Assembly (NCBI GenBank): GCA_963735035.1
Contig: CAVTJJ010000003.1
Location: 352,001-416,000, forward strand
Source: an uncultured candidate division Zixibacteria bacterium
GTDB taxonomy: Bacteria; Zixibacteria; MSB-5A5; GN15; FEB-12
Reading direction: 5' to 3'
Length of the DNA stretch: 64,000 nt
Shown one piece after another: positions 28,634 through 38,704 of the stretch. How positions within the stretch are numbered: the stretch's first letter is position 1; each line of letters opens with the position of its first letter. A program made the position numbers and the translations under genes. Below the pieces are notes generated by a model. The model was given only the letters and a program-made list of their open reading frames with translations. It did not search any database and was not told the origin of the DNA.

Positions 28634-29833
28634 ATGAAGTATCTCGCAACTTTGATCATGCTGCTGATCGTCATCAGCGGCGTCTCAGCTCAGAACGCGG
28701 CGGACGCATACCGGAGCGGCACGGTCGTCCTTCAGGAAGACGGCATCTTTGGCGCAGGTATTGATTGGAAACAAGTGTTCAATATTCCGGTGGTACAGGA
28801 CGAAGGTTCGTCGGTAGAACCGCGCAAGAGCATAGCGGTTGCTGACGACGGTTCGATTTTCGTAGCGAACTATGACAGCTACACGATCCAGAAACTCGAC
28901 CCGTCGGGCAGACCGGTAAAGACATTCGGGCAGGAAGGTTCGGCTGATGGACAGTTCCGCAATCGCCCAATTGTGCGTGGAGTGTTAGACAATCGATACG
29001 TATTCACCAGCGAGCACAACGGGCGACTGACCTTCTTCGATCTCAACGGTCAGTTCGTCAAGACGCTTACGCTCGACTACATGCCACTGCAATGCATACC
29101 CCTGCGCGACGGAAAGATCGCCATCGTCGGTTTTGTAGCCTGGTCCGAGGACAAGACGCGGCATGTCGTGGTTATCAAAGACATCGACACCGGCAAAGAA
29201 AACATAGTAGGCTCCAAGATTACGACTTCAGTGGCGTACGAAACGATATCTCTCAAGACCAATAAAGGCCAGATATCCCTGGCAACCAGCGCCAATAAGG
29301 GAAGTGGCTGGATGATCGCCCGGTCGTCTGAGGGCAACCTGATCATCAACTACTCGGACGATCCAACTATCGAGACATTCTCACCCGACGGACAACGCTT
29401 GAGCCAATTCAAAATGGCTGTTGAACGCGTTAAGTACCCCGAGAAAGAACGGGCTCAGTACGGAGTCAAGCTTCGCGACGTCGTTGCCAAGTTGGGAGTA
29501 TCCGAGCAGGATCTGCAAAAAGCGATCGACAGTATCAAACATCCGGAATTTCTGCCGTACTCGTACAATGTCATTGTCGATTCCGACAAGAATCTGCTCG
29601 TATTCACCTACACCGACAACGAGGCCGGTCATCAGTTCCAGGCCTACAAGATTTCGCCGGCAGGTCAGTTGATTGGCAAAGTCGATCTGGTGTCGGACAA
29701 ATATGACCTGAATCTCAATCCGAACGTTTGTGCGGTGCAGTTCGCGGGCGGGTATATCTATGCGATAGTGACGCCCAAAGATGCTCCCGACGGCCCGGTG
29801 CGGTTGATTCGCGGCAAGTTGGTGGCGAAGTAG
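28634..29833 (+). CDS. Secreted 6-bladed beta-propeller / NHL-repeat protein
   Basis: Signal peptide; IAVADDGSIFVAN, FGQEGSADGQF and FFDLNGQFVKT blades. Confidence 0.75.
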   Translation: MKYLATLIMLLIVISGVSAQNAADAYRSGTVVLQEDGIFGAGIDWKQVFNIPVVQDEGSSVEPRKSIAVADDGSIFVANYDSYTIQKLDPSGRPVKTFGQEGSADGQFRNRPIVRGVLDNRYVFTSEHNGRLTFFDLNGQFVKTLTLDYMPLQCIPLRDGKIAIVGFVAWSEDKTRHVVVIKDIDTGKENIVGSKITTSVAYETISLKTNKGQISLATSANKGSGWMIARSSEGNLIINYSDDPTIETFSPDGQRLSQFKMAVERVKYPEKERAQYGVKLRDVVAKLGVSEQDLQKAIDSIKHPEFLPYSYNVIVDSDKNLLVFTYTDNEAGHQFQAYKISPAGQLIGKVDLVSDKYDLNLNPNVCAVQFAGGYIYAIVTPKDAPDGPVRLIRGKLVAK

Positions 29834-29849
29834 AAGTCGATCTCGTAGG

Positions 29850-29910
29850 TCCGGTGACCCACCCAACGGGTGGGTCGCCACACCCCCGATATTCTTGAAG
29901 GTCGGGGTGC
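29850..29910. repeat. REP-like hairpins between convergent genes
   Basis: GTGACCCACCC-AAC-GGGTGGGTCGC and CACCCC...GGGGTG. Confidence 0.65.
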
Positions 29911-29988
29911 TTGTCATCCCGACTTTGCGGATCCCCCCCGCAAGTTCTTTCCCCTTGACACGGAGCAAAGTGAAGGGTTACCGGCTGC

Positions 29989-31464
29989 CTACTTCGTAAA
30001 GGCTCCCACGCTCAGCCTCACTGAAGCCGAGAATCCACCCCAGGTTCTTCTTCCGCCGCCCTCATCAGACGGCACTCCGGTTCCTGGGCCAACCGATCCC
30101 GACGGTTTCTCTTGCTTGCGAACACTCACGGGGATCCATTGCGAAACATCGAACGCCACTAAGAACTCCCTGATTCTCACCGACGGCATCAAACGAAGCC
30201 GCACCAGATCGGCCCGAACCAGGTCGAGCCGGTCGCTCTTCAGATCATCGATCGAAATTCCAAACACCGCCGGCCGCCATGTCTTCAACGTAGCTTCCGG
30301 TTGCAGTCGCAGCCAGTCCACTGCCGCCTCCAGATTGAACCATCGCCCGGTCACCATTGGACCACACAGCGCCGCCTCTTTCCACCTCAGCGTTCCTTCA
30401 ACGACAATCTGTCGCCGTTCGCCGAGCAGCCGCAACAGACCTGTGGCAAAGGGCCACACTTCCACACTTCCCATCAGGGCGCCTTCCCCCGACCCTGACC
30501 CAACTGAAAAACTAGAGCGGCGGTACTGTATCCCTACCGACTGGCGGTCAAAGTACGCGTGCACGATCCCGAAATGAGCGAAACGCTCACCACCATCGTA
30601 GCCCATGAGTCGAGCGTCGAGTCGGACATGGCGGGCATTTGCCCAGCCACGCCAGTTCGGGGTCAGGGTGTACTCGATCGCTGCCGTGCCGTCGCAAGCT
30701 GTCCCGCTCAGTGCCAGCCGGTAGTTCCCCGATGGTTCGCCGGACATTGTAGGTGAAGTCGGTGTCATGTCCGCATCACGGATCTTCGAGCTCAGGCTCA
30801 GACCCTGGGCAGGGTTGACCGCTATCTCTACCTCTGTTAGCCATGTCGGAATCGACCAGTCCAGCGTTCCGCCCACCCGATCAAATTCGCCGTTGAGGTC
30901 AGTAAAGTCATAGTAGAGTTCACTGGCCGCGGGTTCCGGATGAACGTGACCGCGCCGAATCCCGGCCGTAAGGAAGTCGGTCGGTCTCAAACGCACCCCA
31001 GCCATCAAGCCGATCAGATCATCGGTTCGAACTCGACTTTCGATTTCAAGGGCTGCCCGATCATGCCACAGTCCGGCTCTCAGCCTACTAGAGATCGAAG
31101 GCTCAAATAACACCAGCTTCCCCCTGAAACGGTTAGTGCTTCCGGTTTGCTCAGCCCAATTCCATTGGTCAGGAAGGCCAAACCGCAGGTCGCCTGTCGG
31201 GTACGTGTAGGTGAAATGAAGCTGCCAGGCGATCCCGCGCGCGTCCATTGACAGGTGCCCGTCGTTCCGCGAAGCTCCCATCGTCCAGTGGTCGCCCTGG
31301 CCGCTGGAGAAGACCGTGGTCGTGCGATAATCGGAGGACGAACTGCCAACGTGTACTTCGGCTTCTGACACGCTGAAACCGAGAGCAAGCAGAGCCATGA
31401 TAGGAATCACCCAGCACCGGGCCGGGTGATTCCTATCGTGTCTAAATATCGTGCGCATCACCAC
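29989..31464 (-). CDS. Hypothetical exported protein, probable outer-membrane beta-barrel
   Basis: Signal-like N-terminus; amphipathic beta-strands through to GFSASVRLSVGAF; follows the lipoprotein gene by 9 nt. Confidence 0.65.
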   Translation of the reverse strand: MVMRTIFRHDRNHPARCWVIPIMALLALGFSVSEAEVHVGSSSSDYRTTTVFSSGQGDHWTMGASRNDGHLSMDARGIAWQLHFTYTYPTGDLRFGLPDQWNWAEQTGSTNRFRGKLVLFEPSISSRLRAGLWHDRAALEIESRVRTDDLIGLMAGVRLRPTDFLTAGIRRGHVHPEPAASELYYDFTDLNGEFDRVGGTLDWSIPTWLTEVEIAVNPAQGLSLSSKIRDADMTPTSPTMSGEPSGNYRLALSGTACDGTAAIEYTLTPNWRGWANARHVRLDARLMGYDGGERFAHFGIVHAYFDRQSVGIQYRRSSFSVGSGSGEGALMGSVEVWPFATGLLRLLGERRQIVVEGTLRWKEAALCGPMVTGRWFNLEAAVDWLRLQPEATLKTWRPAVFGISIDDLKSDRLDLVRADLVRLRLMPSVRIREFLVAFDVSQWIPVSVRKQEKPSGSVGPGTGVPSDEGGGRRTWGGFSASVRLSVGAFTK

Positions 31465-31473
31465 TGCACATCT

Positions 31474-33204
31474 TTACCAGAAGTTTTCATGACTGACTGT
31501 ATCACAGTCGGATTTGAACCACCCCATGTGATTATCATTCGCCCAGATATCCTTCAGTTCCTGTGATGTCATCTCTGGAAGTAATCCGTTCAGAGTAGCG
31601 TTGGGAAAATACCAGTCGTCGAACGTGGCGGCGTCCCATTCATAGCAGGCTACGATCTGATCCTGGTCGTACCAGTAGTCGCTATAATGCGAACCGTTGG
31701 ATGACCAATAGCACCAAGGATCGGTGGCCCCGGGTTCGCAGTAGTTATAGACATCATCCCAACCGAACATCATCTGCACGTATGACGGGTACTCAGCCAG
31801 CAGGCGATAGAACTCAGCGGTGTTCTCGTCCGGAAGGTGGTCAGCAAAGTAGGGCGTATCGTTCGGATATGTGAGTCCGAAGATAGAATCCATCGCCGCC
31901 CAGTATCGGTCACGGCTGAAGTGGTTCTGGGCAAAGGTTATATGGAGATCGTTAACGGATTCAACCGTTGCCGTATAGTCAGGAATGAAGTCCTTGAAGT
32001 TGCTCATCGCACTATCGAAGAACTTGCTGATATCGACTGTCAGCGAGACCGTGTCCTCTACAACATAGTGGTTCCAGCTGTCGCCGTTCCATGACCAATA
32101 TGAGCCCGTCTCCCAGATTATATTCATCTGCCGAGGGCCGTCGAAATACGTAAGAATTGAAGTAACCGAGTCGCGGAGTCTATGAAGATCATCGAGATCA
32201 CTAGAGTAGACCTTAATCAGATCGTCTGCCTGTGACGTCCCAATCTCTCCTTCCAGAAAGACAGTCGTCTGCTTGATCCCATTAAGGCAGCCGAGCACCC
32301 GCGTTTTCGCCTCGGCCATGTGTGCCGCACCGACCCCACCTTCTTTGAGGCTCAAGAAGTTCGACCCCTTGCGCAGTGCCTCCTGGACGCCCTCTATGTT
32401 ATAGGCGGACAGGTCAAGATCGCGCGCAAAGAAAACTTGTAGCCCGGCCTCAACGGCCTCAGTCATCGTAAGAAACAACTGGAAATCCGGTCGATCGATG
32501 ACAATCGGGCTGGCTCCGGGATTTCCCTGCATTTCCGGAGTGATAACGAATGTGTAAGCGGAATCATTCACCAACGCCGCGAGATGCAGCCGTGCGTCCT
32601 GTAGCCGGGGGAGCAGCGACGTCTCGAGAATGTCCTGAATATGAGACATCGATGGCTCGACCATGGCCAGCTTCGATATCGCGAGATCGAGTTCCAAGGG
32701 TGACGGAATTACATCATTGAGCCCCCCCGCACTTAGCGGCACGCTTTCGATTAGCATGCTACCGCCAAAATCGATCTTCGGCGCCATCGTCCAAGTTCGA
32801 AACGGATTGATCTCAAGAGTGTCATAGAGATGCTTGAAATCATCGACCAGATCGTTGAAGTCCGGGTCGGCCATAACTACCAGCAGACCGGTAAACGCCA
32901 CGCCAAAACGAGCATCCTTGCAGTTCGGATCGACACTCAGCGCACTTCGATACGTAGTATTGACGTCGGTAAAGTCGATATCGCGCGGACGAAACGACGA
33001 ATCAGCGTGATCAAGAGTAGTATTGATTACGGAATCCATGAGATCGGCCAGAGAAGTCGATGCTTGATCAGCTATCTGCTGAGCCTTCGCGGTATCAATA
33101 GGAGGCGGGTCGGTGCCCTTTTCTTCACTACAGCCACATACCCACAAAACCACTGCTATGATTAACAGCGATCTTAGCCACATCAAATGCCTTGCTGGAA
33201 TCAC
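31474..33204 (-). CDS. Hypothetical acidic lipoprotein
   Basis: GGAGG SD 7 nt before a GTG at 33204; lipobox-like LWVCG-C; Trp/Tyr/Asp-rich C-terminus. Confidence 0.75.
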   Translation of the reverse strand: MIPARHLMWLRSLLIIAVVLWVCGCSEEKGTDPPPIDTAKAQQIADQASTSLADLMDSVINTTLDHADSSFRPRDIDFTDVNTTYRSALSVDPNCKDARFGVAFTGLLVVMADPDFNDLVDDFKHLYDTLEINPFRTWTMAPKIDFGGSMLIESVPLSAGGLNDVIPSPLELDLAISKLAMVEPSMSHIQDILETSLLPRLQDARLHLAALVNDSAYTFVITPEMQGNPGASPIVIDRPDFQLFLTMTEAVEAGLQVFFARDLDLSAYNIEGVQEALRKGSNFLSLKEGGVGAAHMAEAKTRVLGCLNGIKQTTVFLEGEIGTSQADDLIKVYSSDLDDLHRLRDSVTSILTYFDGPRQMNIIWETGSYWSWNGDSWNHYVVEDTVSLTVDISKFFDSAMSNFKDFIPDYTATVESVNDLHITFAQNHFSRDRYWAAMDSIFGLTYPNDTPYFADHLPDENTAEFYRLLAEYPSYVQMMFGWDDVYNYCEPGATDPWCYWSSNGSHYSDYWYDQDQIVACYEWDAATFDDWYFPNATLNGLLPEMTSQELKDIWANDNHMGWFKSDCDTVSHENFW

Positions 33205-33438
33205 GTGATATCCTCCTGTCAAAGAAGTATGATCAGAAATCTTCATGTCGCGTTTCAAAGTCCGGATGCAACTCTCTCCTCAAGCAGGGGAAGCCCGGCT
33301 AGGTCAAGGTTGCTCACCGCAGAGAACTGGACGGGTTCCCAGAGCCACTACCGAATGAAGTCTTTGTCGGTTATAGCGCAACTTCGGTCGGGTTTAAGCA
33401 TAAGTTTCGGCTTCCCAGACGTCACGATGGCTCGACGT

Positions 33439-33468
33439 ATTATAGCACATGAGACCCGTCGGTGTCAA
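33439..33468 (-). promoter_or_regulatory. Near-consensus sigma70 promoter of the lipoprotein/beta-barrel pair
   Basis: TTGACA-N18-TATAAT with a TGn extended -10. Confidence 0.7.
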
Positions 33469-33529
33469 TGAGAATGAGTCCTTACCGAGCCCCACCCAGT
33501 TCATAGAAAGCTGCGTGGCATCCGAAAAA

Positions 33530-33602
33530 CCCACCCGCATGCGGGTGGGCCACCAGACCATCCCCACCATAAATGGTGGGCCATCAGACACTCCCACCCA
33601 TA
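33530..33602. repeat. REP-like array that is the target of IS1182 copy 2
   Basis: CCCACCCGCATGCGGGTGGG, CCCACCATAAATGGTGGG and CCCACCC-ATA interrupted by the IS, continuing at 35020 with GGGTGGGCCACCC. Confidence 0.8.
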
Positions 33603-35015
33603 GAGCCTGTTGAAAAAGCCAAGTTTTCGGGTGGTCATCATGCATCTTGTCTGATGACTGTGTAAGGTGCGATAAATGGTCTCAGAAACCGTAGAAGCCG
33701 TTCTATGAGTGTCCGTAGACGTCTCCAGAGCCAGTTGAACCCCGGCAGAGTGACAAAATGCGCCGCCAGGCGCTTCGAATTGAGAACCGTGGCGACCAAC
33801 AAGCACTGCACCTTCATCTTGGACAGACCACGCCGCCACGCCCGACTCAAGCCGTGCCATTGTTTGCTCTCCGCAAACACCCCCTCGATCACCGGCGCCC
33901 GGGAACGATACAGCTTCTTGAAACTCTCCGTTTTGCTGTCGGCCCGAAGGCGAAGCAGTGAACTATGGTGTCTGGTAACCTTGAGATGCCGGCGATCCGA
34001 TATCGTGCACTGTGACTTCAACGGACAGCTCTGACAATCCGACCGTCGCGCTCGATATTCCCAACGTCCCCGCTGCTTCTCCGTTCGCACATACCGCAAC
34101 ACTTGTCCCGCCGGACACGTGAACTCATCATGCTCCTCGTCGTAGGTGAATTGCTCGATCGTAAAATAACCTTCCCCGGCACGGGTCGTCGCCTTCTGCG
34201 GCGGCGACACCAAACGGACACCGCGCGTCTCCATCTCATAGGCATTAAACCCACTCCCGTACGCCCCGTCCGCACACACCGCTTCCGGTGACTCCCGCAG
34301 ACGCGCCAACGCTCGGTCAACCAACCCCACCGCCTCGTCGTGCTCCGACACGTTCGCCGCCGTCACCGATACATCCAACACCACCCGCTTCTTGCCGTCC
34401 GCCACCGTGTGCTGCTTGTACCCCGGACGCAACTTCCCATCCGGAAACCGACCAAACCGCGCATCCGGATCGGGACTGTCAACCTGGTTGACACGGTCGG
34501 CAGACAGGTCCGCCCGGATCGTCGTAGCGTCGATATGTAGCACCTTCCCCTCAATCAACCCGCTCGCTTGACACTGACTCACACTCCGAGCGAACAACTC
34601 GTTGAACACCGCATCACCAAACCGATCCAACGCCTTCGACAACGTCGAATGATCCGGAAGCGACTCGTCCAGCTCGTAGCCGATGAACCAACGATAGGCC
34701 AGGTTAACCTGCACCTGACGCATTAACTCCCGCACGTGAGCGATCCCGTCCATCGCCTGGATCAAAAACAGCCGGATCACCACCTCCGGATCGACCGACG
34801 GTCGACCGTTGTCTTGGCTGTATTTGTCCCGAACTACCTCGTGGACAAAACCCAGGTCCAAAACCCGATTCAACTTACGAAGATAGTGATCCTCGGGGAT
34901 GAACGTCTCCAATGCCGGGAGAAGCATCATCTCATGTTGACTTCTCTCTCGCTTACTCTGCATCCCCTGCTTTAATACAACTACCCCCAAAACTCAAGAC
35001 TTTTTCAACAGGCCC
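33603..35015 (-). mobile_element. IS1182-family insertion sequence, copy 2 (1413 bp)
   Basis: Same IRs and CATA duplication (33599-33602 and 35016-35019); near-identical to copy 1. Confidence 0.92.
33638..34963 (-). CDS. IS1182-family transposase
   Basis: Same protein as copy 1 except GYELDE versus GYGLDE. Confidence 0.92.
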   Translation of the reverse strand: MQSKRERSQHEMMLLPALETFIPEDHYLRKLNRVLDLGFVHEVVRDKYSQDNGRPSVDPEVVIRLFLIQAMDGIAHVRELMRQVQVNLAYRWFIGYELDESLPDHSTLSKALDRFGDAVFNELFARSVSQCQASGLIEGKVLHIDATTIRADLSADRVNQVDSPDPDARFGRFPDGKLRPGYKQHTVADGKKRVVLDVSVTAANVSEHDEAVGLVDRALARLRESPEAVCADGAYGSGFNAYEMETRGVRLVSPPQKATTRAGEGYFTIEQFTYDEEHDEFTCPAGQVLRYVRTEKQRGRWEYRARRSDCQSCPLKSQCTISDRRHLKVTRHHSSLLRLRADSKTESFKKLYRSRAPVIEGVFAESKQWHGLSRAWRRGLSKMKVQCLLVATVLNSKRLAAHFVTLPGFNWLWRRLRTLIERLLRFLRPFIAPYTVIRQDA

Positions 35016-35038
35016 CATAGGGTGGGCCACCCGATGTA

Positions 35039-36452
35039 TCACACGCCGTAGTAAATCTCGAACTCATAGGGCGTAGGCCGGATGCGAATTTCTGAGACTT
35101 CCTTACGCTTGATCTTCACCCAATTTTCAATAAGATCTTCGGTGAACGCGCCACCTTCGAACAAGTAGGTGTGGTCTTTTTCGAGACTATCGAGCGCCCG
35201 GTTCAGTGAAGTGGGCAGTTGATGAATCTGTGCTAGCTCAGCCGGCTTAAGTTCGTCGAGGTTTCGGTCGAACGGTAATCCCGGGTCGATCTTGTTGCGG
35301 ATGCCGTCGAGACCGGCCATCAGCATGGCCGCATACGCCAGATACGGATTCATGGTGCCGTCGCCCGGTCGGAACTCGAACCGCATCGTTTCAGGTTCGC
35401 GCTGATATCCGGGGATACGAATACAGGCTGTGCGATTACCGACAGAATACGTTCCAGCGACCGGCGCCTCAAACCCAGGGACTAGACGCTTGAATGAATT
35501 GGTAGAGGGATTCGAGAAGGCCAGGATAGAATCGACATGTTTCAGGATGCCGCCGATGTAGTATCGTCCCAACTGCGAAAATTGCGCCGGACCTTTGGCG
35601 TCGTAGAACATCGAACCTTTATCATTGGCCAGATACTGATGCACATGGAGACCCGAGCCGGGTTCGTTGAATAAGGGCTTGGGCATGAAACGTGGCCGAT
35701 TTGCGATGGCGGAAGGCCTCATTCTTGACCATGTACTTGACCAACATCGATTTGTCCGCCATAGACAGAAGCGGCGCGAACTTGACTTCGATTTCATGCT
35801 GTCCGCCGCCACCGACTTCATGGTGGTGATACTTCAGCTCGATCCCGACATCCTTCAGAAGTGAGCAGATCCCATTGCGCAGGTTGTAGGTGCGGTCCTG
35901 CGGCGGCGCGACATGGTATCCCTTTTTGTAGGGAATCTTGAAACCGAGATTCTCTTCGTCGTCGGACGCCTGCCACGGCGCCTCGGCCGCATCGAGCGTG
36001 TAGAACGCAGAGTCGGGACCCTGATGGAAATTGACCTTGTCGAAGATATAGAATTCGAACTCTGGTCCCAAAATCGCCTGCACCCCAGCGAACATCTTCC
36101 CGAGCAACCGCTCGGCGTCGCGAGCCACCCGTCTGGGATCACGGCTGTAGGGTACCACTGTCTCTTCCGACAGCATGAAGTCGCCTATCAGCGACAGCGT
36201 GGGGCGTTCGAAGAACGGATCGATGAAGGCCGTGGTCGGGTCCGGCAGCATGATCATATCGCCGCGCTCGATGGACGAGAATCCCGCCATCGAGGAACCG
36301 TCGACACCGACCCCGGAGCGGAACAATTCGTCCTTGAGGGCGGATATCGGAATGGTCAAATGATGCCAACTGCCGAGCAGATCACAGAATTTCAGATCAA
36401 CAAATTCTACCTGATGTTGCTGGGCCATTTTTGACAGAGCGTCAAGATTCAT
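35039..36452 (-). CDS. glnA: Type I glutamine synthetase, split by a frameshift near 35690
   Basis: VDLKFCD, DGSS, GPEFEFY, HHHEV, FMPKP, GSGLHVH, KRLVPGFEAP, NRTACIRIP and RFEFR. Confidence 0.93.
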
Positions 36453-36495
36453 AAGTCGTTACCTCAAAGTTGCCTACATGCTTCAAAGCGCGAAC

Positions 36496-36524
36496 ATGAT
36501 AGGCGACTAACTCCCCATTGTCAA
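36496..36524 (-). promoter_or_regulatory. sigma70 promoter of glnA
   Basis: TTGACA-N17-TATCAT. Confidence 0.7.
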
Positions 36525-36604
36525 GACGCCGCCCTCCTGAAAAAGCTTTACCTGGCGCTCGCCCGAACATTGTTTGCCCCTGGCATAACTTGAGTGGAGA
36601 AAAT

Positions 36605-38515
36605 ATGAAGCATTTGTATCTGGTATTAGGGTTCGCATTGATAGCCGGGGCAGTATCGGCCCAGGCACCGCAAAATGATCTTGAACTCGTTGACTCGGCG
36701 TTGGCGCAAGTGGGGTTGACCATGCGCGACGTCCGCTTTGATGCCGACGAGGTCGCGACTTATAAGGGCGATCTCTGGCAGTTGAGTACCTTCACGTTAT
36801 ATCACCACAATCCATTCAAGCTCCCTCAGCATGCCAATCTGGACCTGGAGACTTACCGGACGGCGGCGAATAATATTACTTCGTTGATGGCGAAGGCCAG
36901 CGGGCTGATCGATCATCCGATTCGGCGCAGCCTTGTCGGTGATCCCCTTGAGCCGTACCTCGTAGCGCACGATACTGTCCCGCTTCAGTCGATGACCCGA
37001 AGCCGGAATTATCTCGCGGGCCCGGAGTTCGACCGACTTAAAGACGGAATCGATCTGATATATCGAATGGTTGACGATGACAAGTTCCTGTTCAAGCACG
37101 GCCTCGATGAAGTCAACAAGGCCAAGTATCGCGAGAAGCTGTTCGATTATTTCATAAACGACAAGGAAGAGAATCAGGATATTATCTACGAGATTGATCG
37201 AAAGATCGACTACGATTACATGCTCGCCGGGGCTCAGGACTTTGCCGAGGCGGTGCGCCGCCTTTGTCTTGCCGCCGATTCACTTCAGTTCCCCAAAGAG
37301 AAGCGAGAATTGAAAACCAACCGGGGATTGATCGTGGTCGGTTCCAGCGGTGACGATGTGTACCAGTATTTCGTTCCGCCACTCATGATCATCGACGGGG
37401 GCGGTAACGATCGGTATGAGTTCGGCGGCTACCCCGAAGATTACCCGCTTTCAATCATAATAGATTTCAAAGGTGACGACCAATACCTCTCCCCCGACAC
37501 TACCAAGCCGGGCCTGGGTGGCGCGGTTCTCGGTATGTCTATCCTGGTCGATCTCGCCGGCAACGACCGTTACGTGGGAGCTAATGTCACGCAAGGGGCA
37601 GGCATATTCGGAGTCGGGCTCGTCTACGACAAGAACGGCGACGACGTCTACACCGGCCGCAGGCTGACTCAGGGAGCGGCAACTTTCGGAGTCGGCATCC
37701 TTAGCGACAGTACCGGGGCAGACTCGCTATTCTGTCTCGACCAGTCGCAGGGATACGGCTATACGAAGGGGTGTGGGTTGCTGATCAATTTCGAGGGGAG
37801 TGATCGCTATGTCGCCGATGACGCCAACATCATTCTTCCATCGGCGCAGACCAAGGAACACAATACGTCGATGGCACAGGGTGTCGGATGCGGCAGGCGG
37901 GCCGACATCTCGGACGGTCACAGTTGGGCGGGCGGGGTCGGCGTGCTTTGTGATCTCGCCGGGGATGATATTTACTCAGCGGGGTTGTTTGCTCAGGGAT
38001 GCGCCTACTGGCATGCTCTCGGGATGCTTCTCGAAGGGGGCGGCAACGATTCATATAGCGGCGTTTGGTATGTTCAGGGTTCCGGGGCTCATTTCGGAGT
38101 TGGATACCTGGATGATTTTGGCGGCAATGACAAGTATAACGCTACCCTCAACATGGCGATTGGGGCCGGACATGATTTCACGATCGGGTATCTGAATGAA
38201 CGATCCGGCAACGACGTCTACACCGCGCCAAATCTATCGCTCGGGGGCGGCAATGACGCCGGGATTGGTATTTTCCACGATCATGCGGGAGACGATACCT
38301 ATAACACCAAGGGCGGCACTACGCTGGGACGGGCCAATCCGAGCAGCATAGGAGCCCGACGGTTCCTTCGCTGCTTCGGGATCTTTGTCGACGGCGGCGG
38401 GCAGGATACTTACATCGAGAACTGGGCGGGCAACGGTAGTCGCTGGATTGGTCCGGCGACCGACCCTGCCAACCCCAGCCCGTATACGATTGGTGTAGGC
38501 ATCGACCGGCAGTAA
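36605..38515 (+). CDS. Secreted protein with repeated DxxGxDxY motifs
   Basis: GGAG SD and signal peptide MKHLYLVLGFALIAGAVSA; about 13 Gly/Asp repeats in the C-terminal half. Confidence 0.8.
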   Translation: MKHLYLVLGFALIAGAVSAQAPQNDLELVDSALAQVGLTMRDVRFDADEVATYKGDLWQLSTFTLYHHNPFKLPQHANLDLETYRTAANNITSLMAKASGLIDHPIRRSLVGDPLEPYLVAHDTVPLQSMTRSRNYLAGPEFDRLKDGIDLIYRMVDDDKFLFKHGLDEVNKAKYREKLFDYFINDKEENQDIIYEIDRKIDYDYMLAGAQDFAEAVRRLCLAADSLQFPKEKRELKTNRGLIVVGSSGDDVYQYFVPPLMIIDGGGNDRYEFGGYPEDYPLSIIIDFKGDDQYLSPDTTKPGLGGAVLGMSILVDLAGNDRYVGANVTQGAGIFGVGLVYDKNGDDVYTGRRLTQGAATFGVGILSDSTGADSLFCLDQSQGYGYTKGCGLLINFEGSDRYVADDANIILPSAQTKEHNTSMAQGVGCGRRADISDGHSWAGGVGVLCDLAGDDIYSAGLFAQGCAYWHALGMLLEGGGNDSYSGVWYVQGSGAHFGVGYLDDFGGNDKYNATLNMAIGAGHDFTIGYLNERSGNDVYTAPNLSLGGGNDAGIGIFHDHAGDDTYNTKGGTTLGRANPSSIGARRFLRCFGIFVDGGGQDTYIENWAGNGSRWIGPATDPANPSPYTIGVGIDRQ

Positions 38516-38533
38516 TTGAACTTCTCACACACC

Positions 38534-38688
38534 CGTGCCCGGCACGCCGCGGCGGGTCCACATCTGCCGACTCTGGTGCAGAGACGGCCGACGGCATTCC
38601 GATAATCAAGTTACTTGTATACGTGCCCGGCCCGCCGCGGCGGGCCCACATCTGCCGACTTTGGGGCAGAGACGCCCGACGGCACCCT
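38534..38688. repeat. Two tandem composite REP-like units
   Basis: GTGCCCGG-[C(A/C)CGCCGCGGCGGG]-(T/C)CCACATCTGCCGACT...GCAGAGACG(G/C)CCGACGGCA occurs twice. Confidence 0.85.
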
Positions 38689-38704
38689 TAAACAGACCCC
38701 GACT

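Noticed and set aside
35622..35821. Programmed frameshifting or true pseudogenes in glnA, secF, nuoM and copA
   Set aside because: No slippery-site plus stimulator pattern, and many unrelated important genes are affected, so sequencing indels are more parsimonious.
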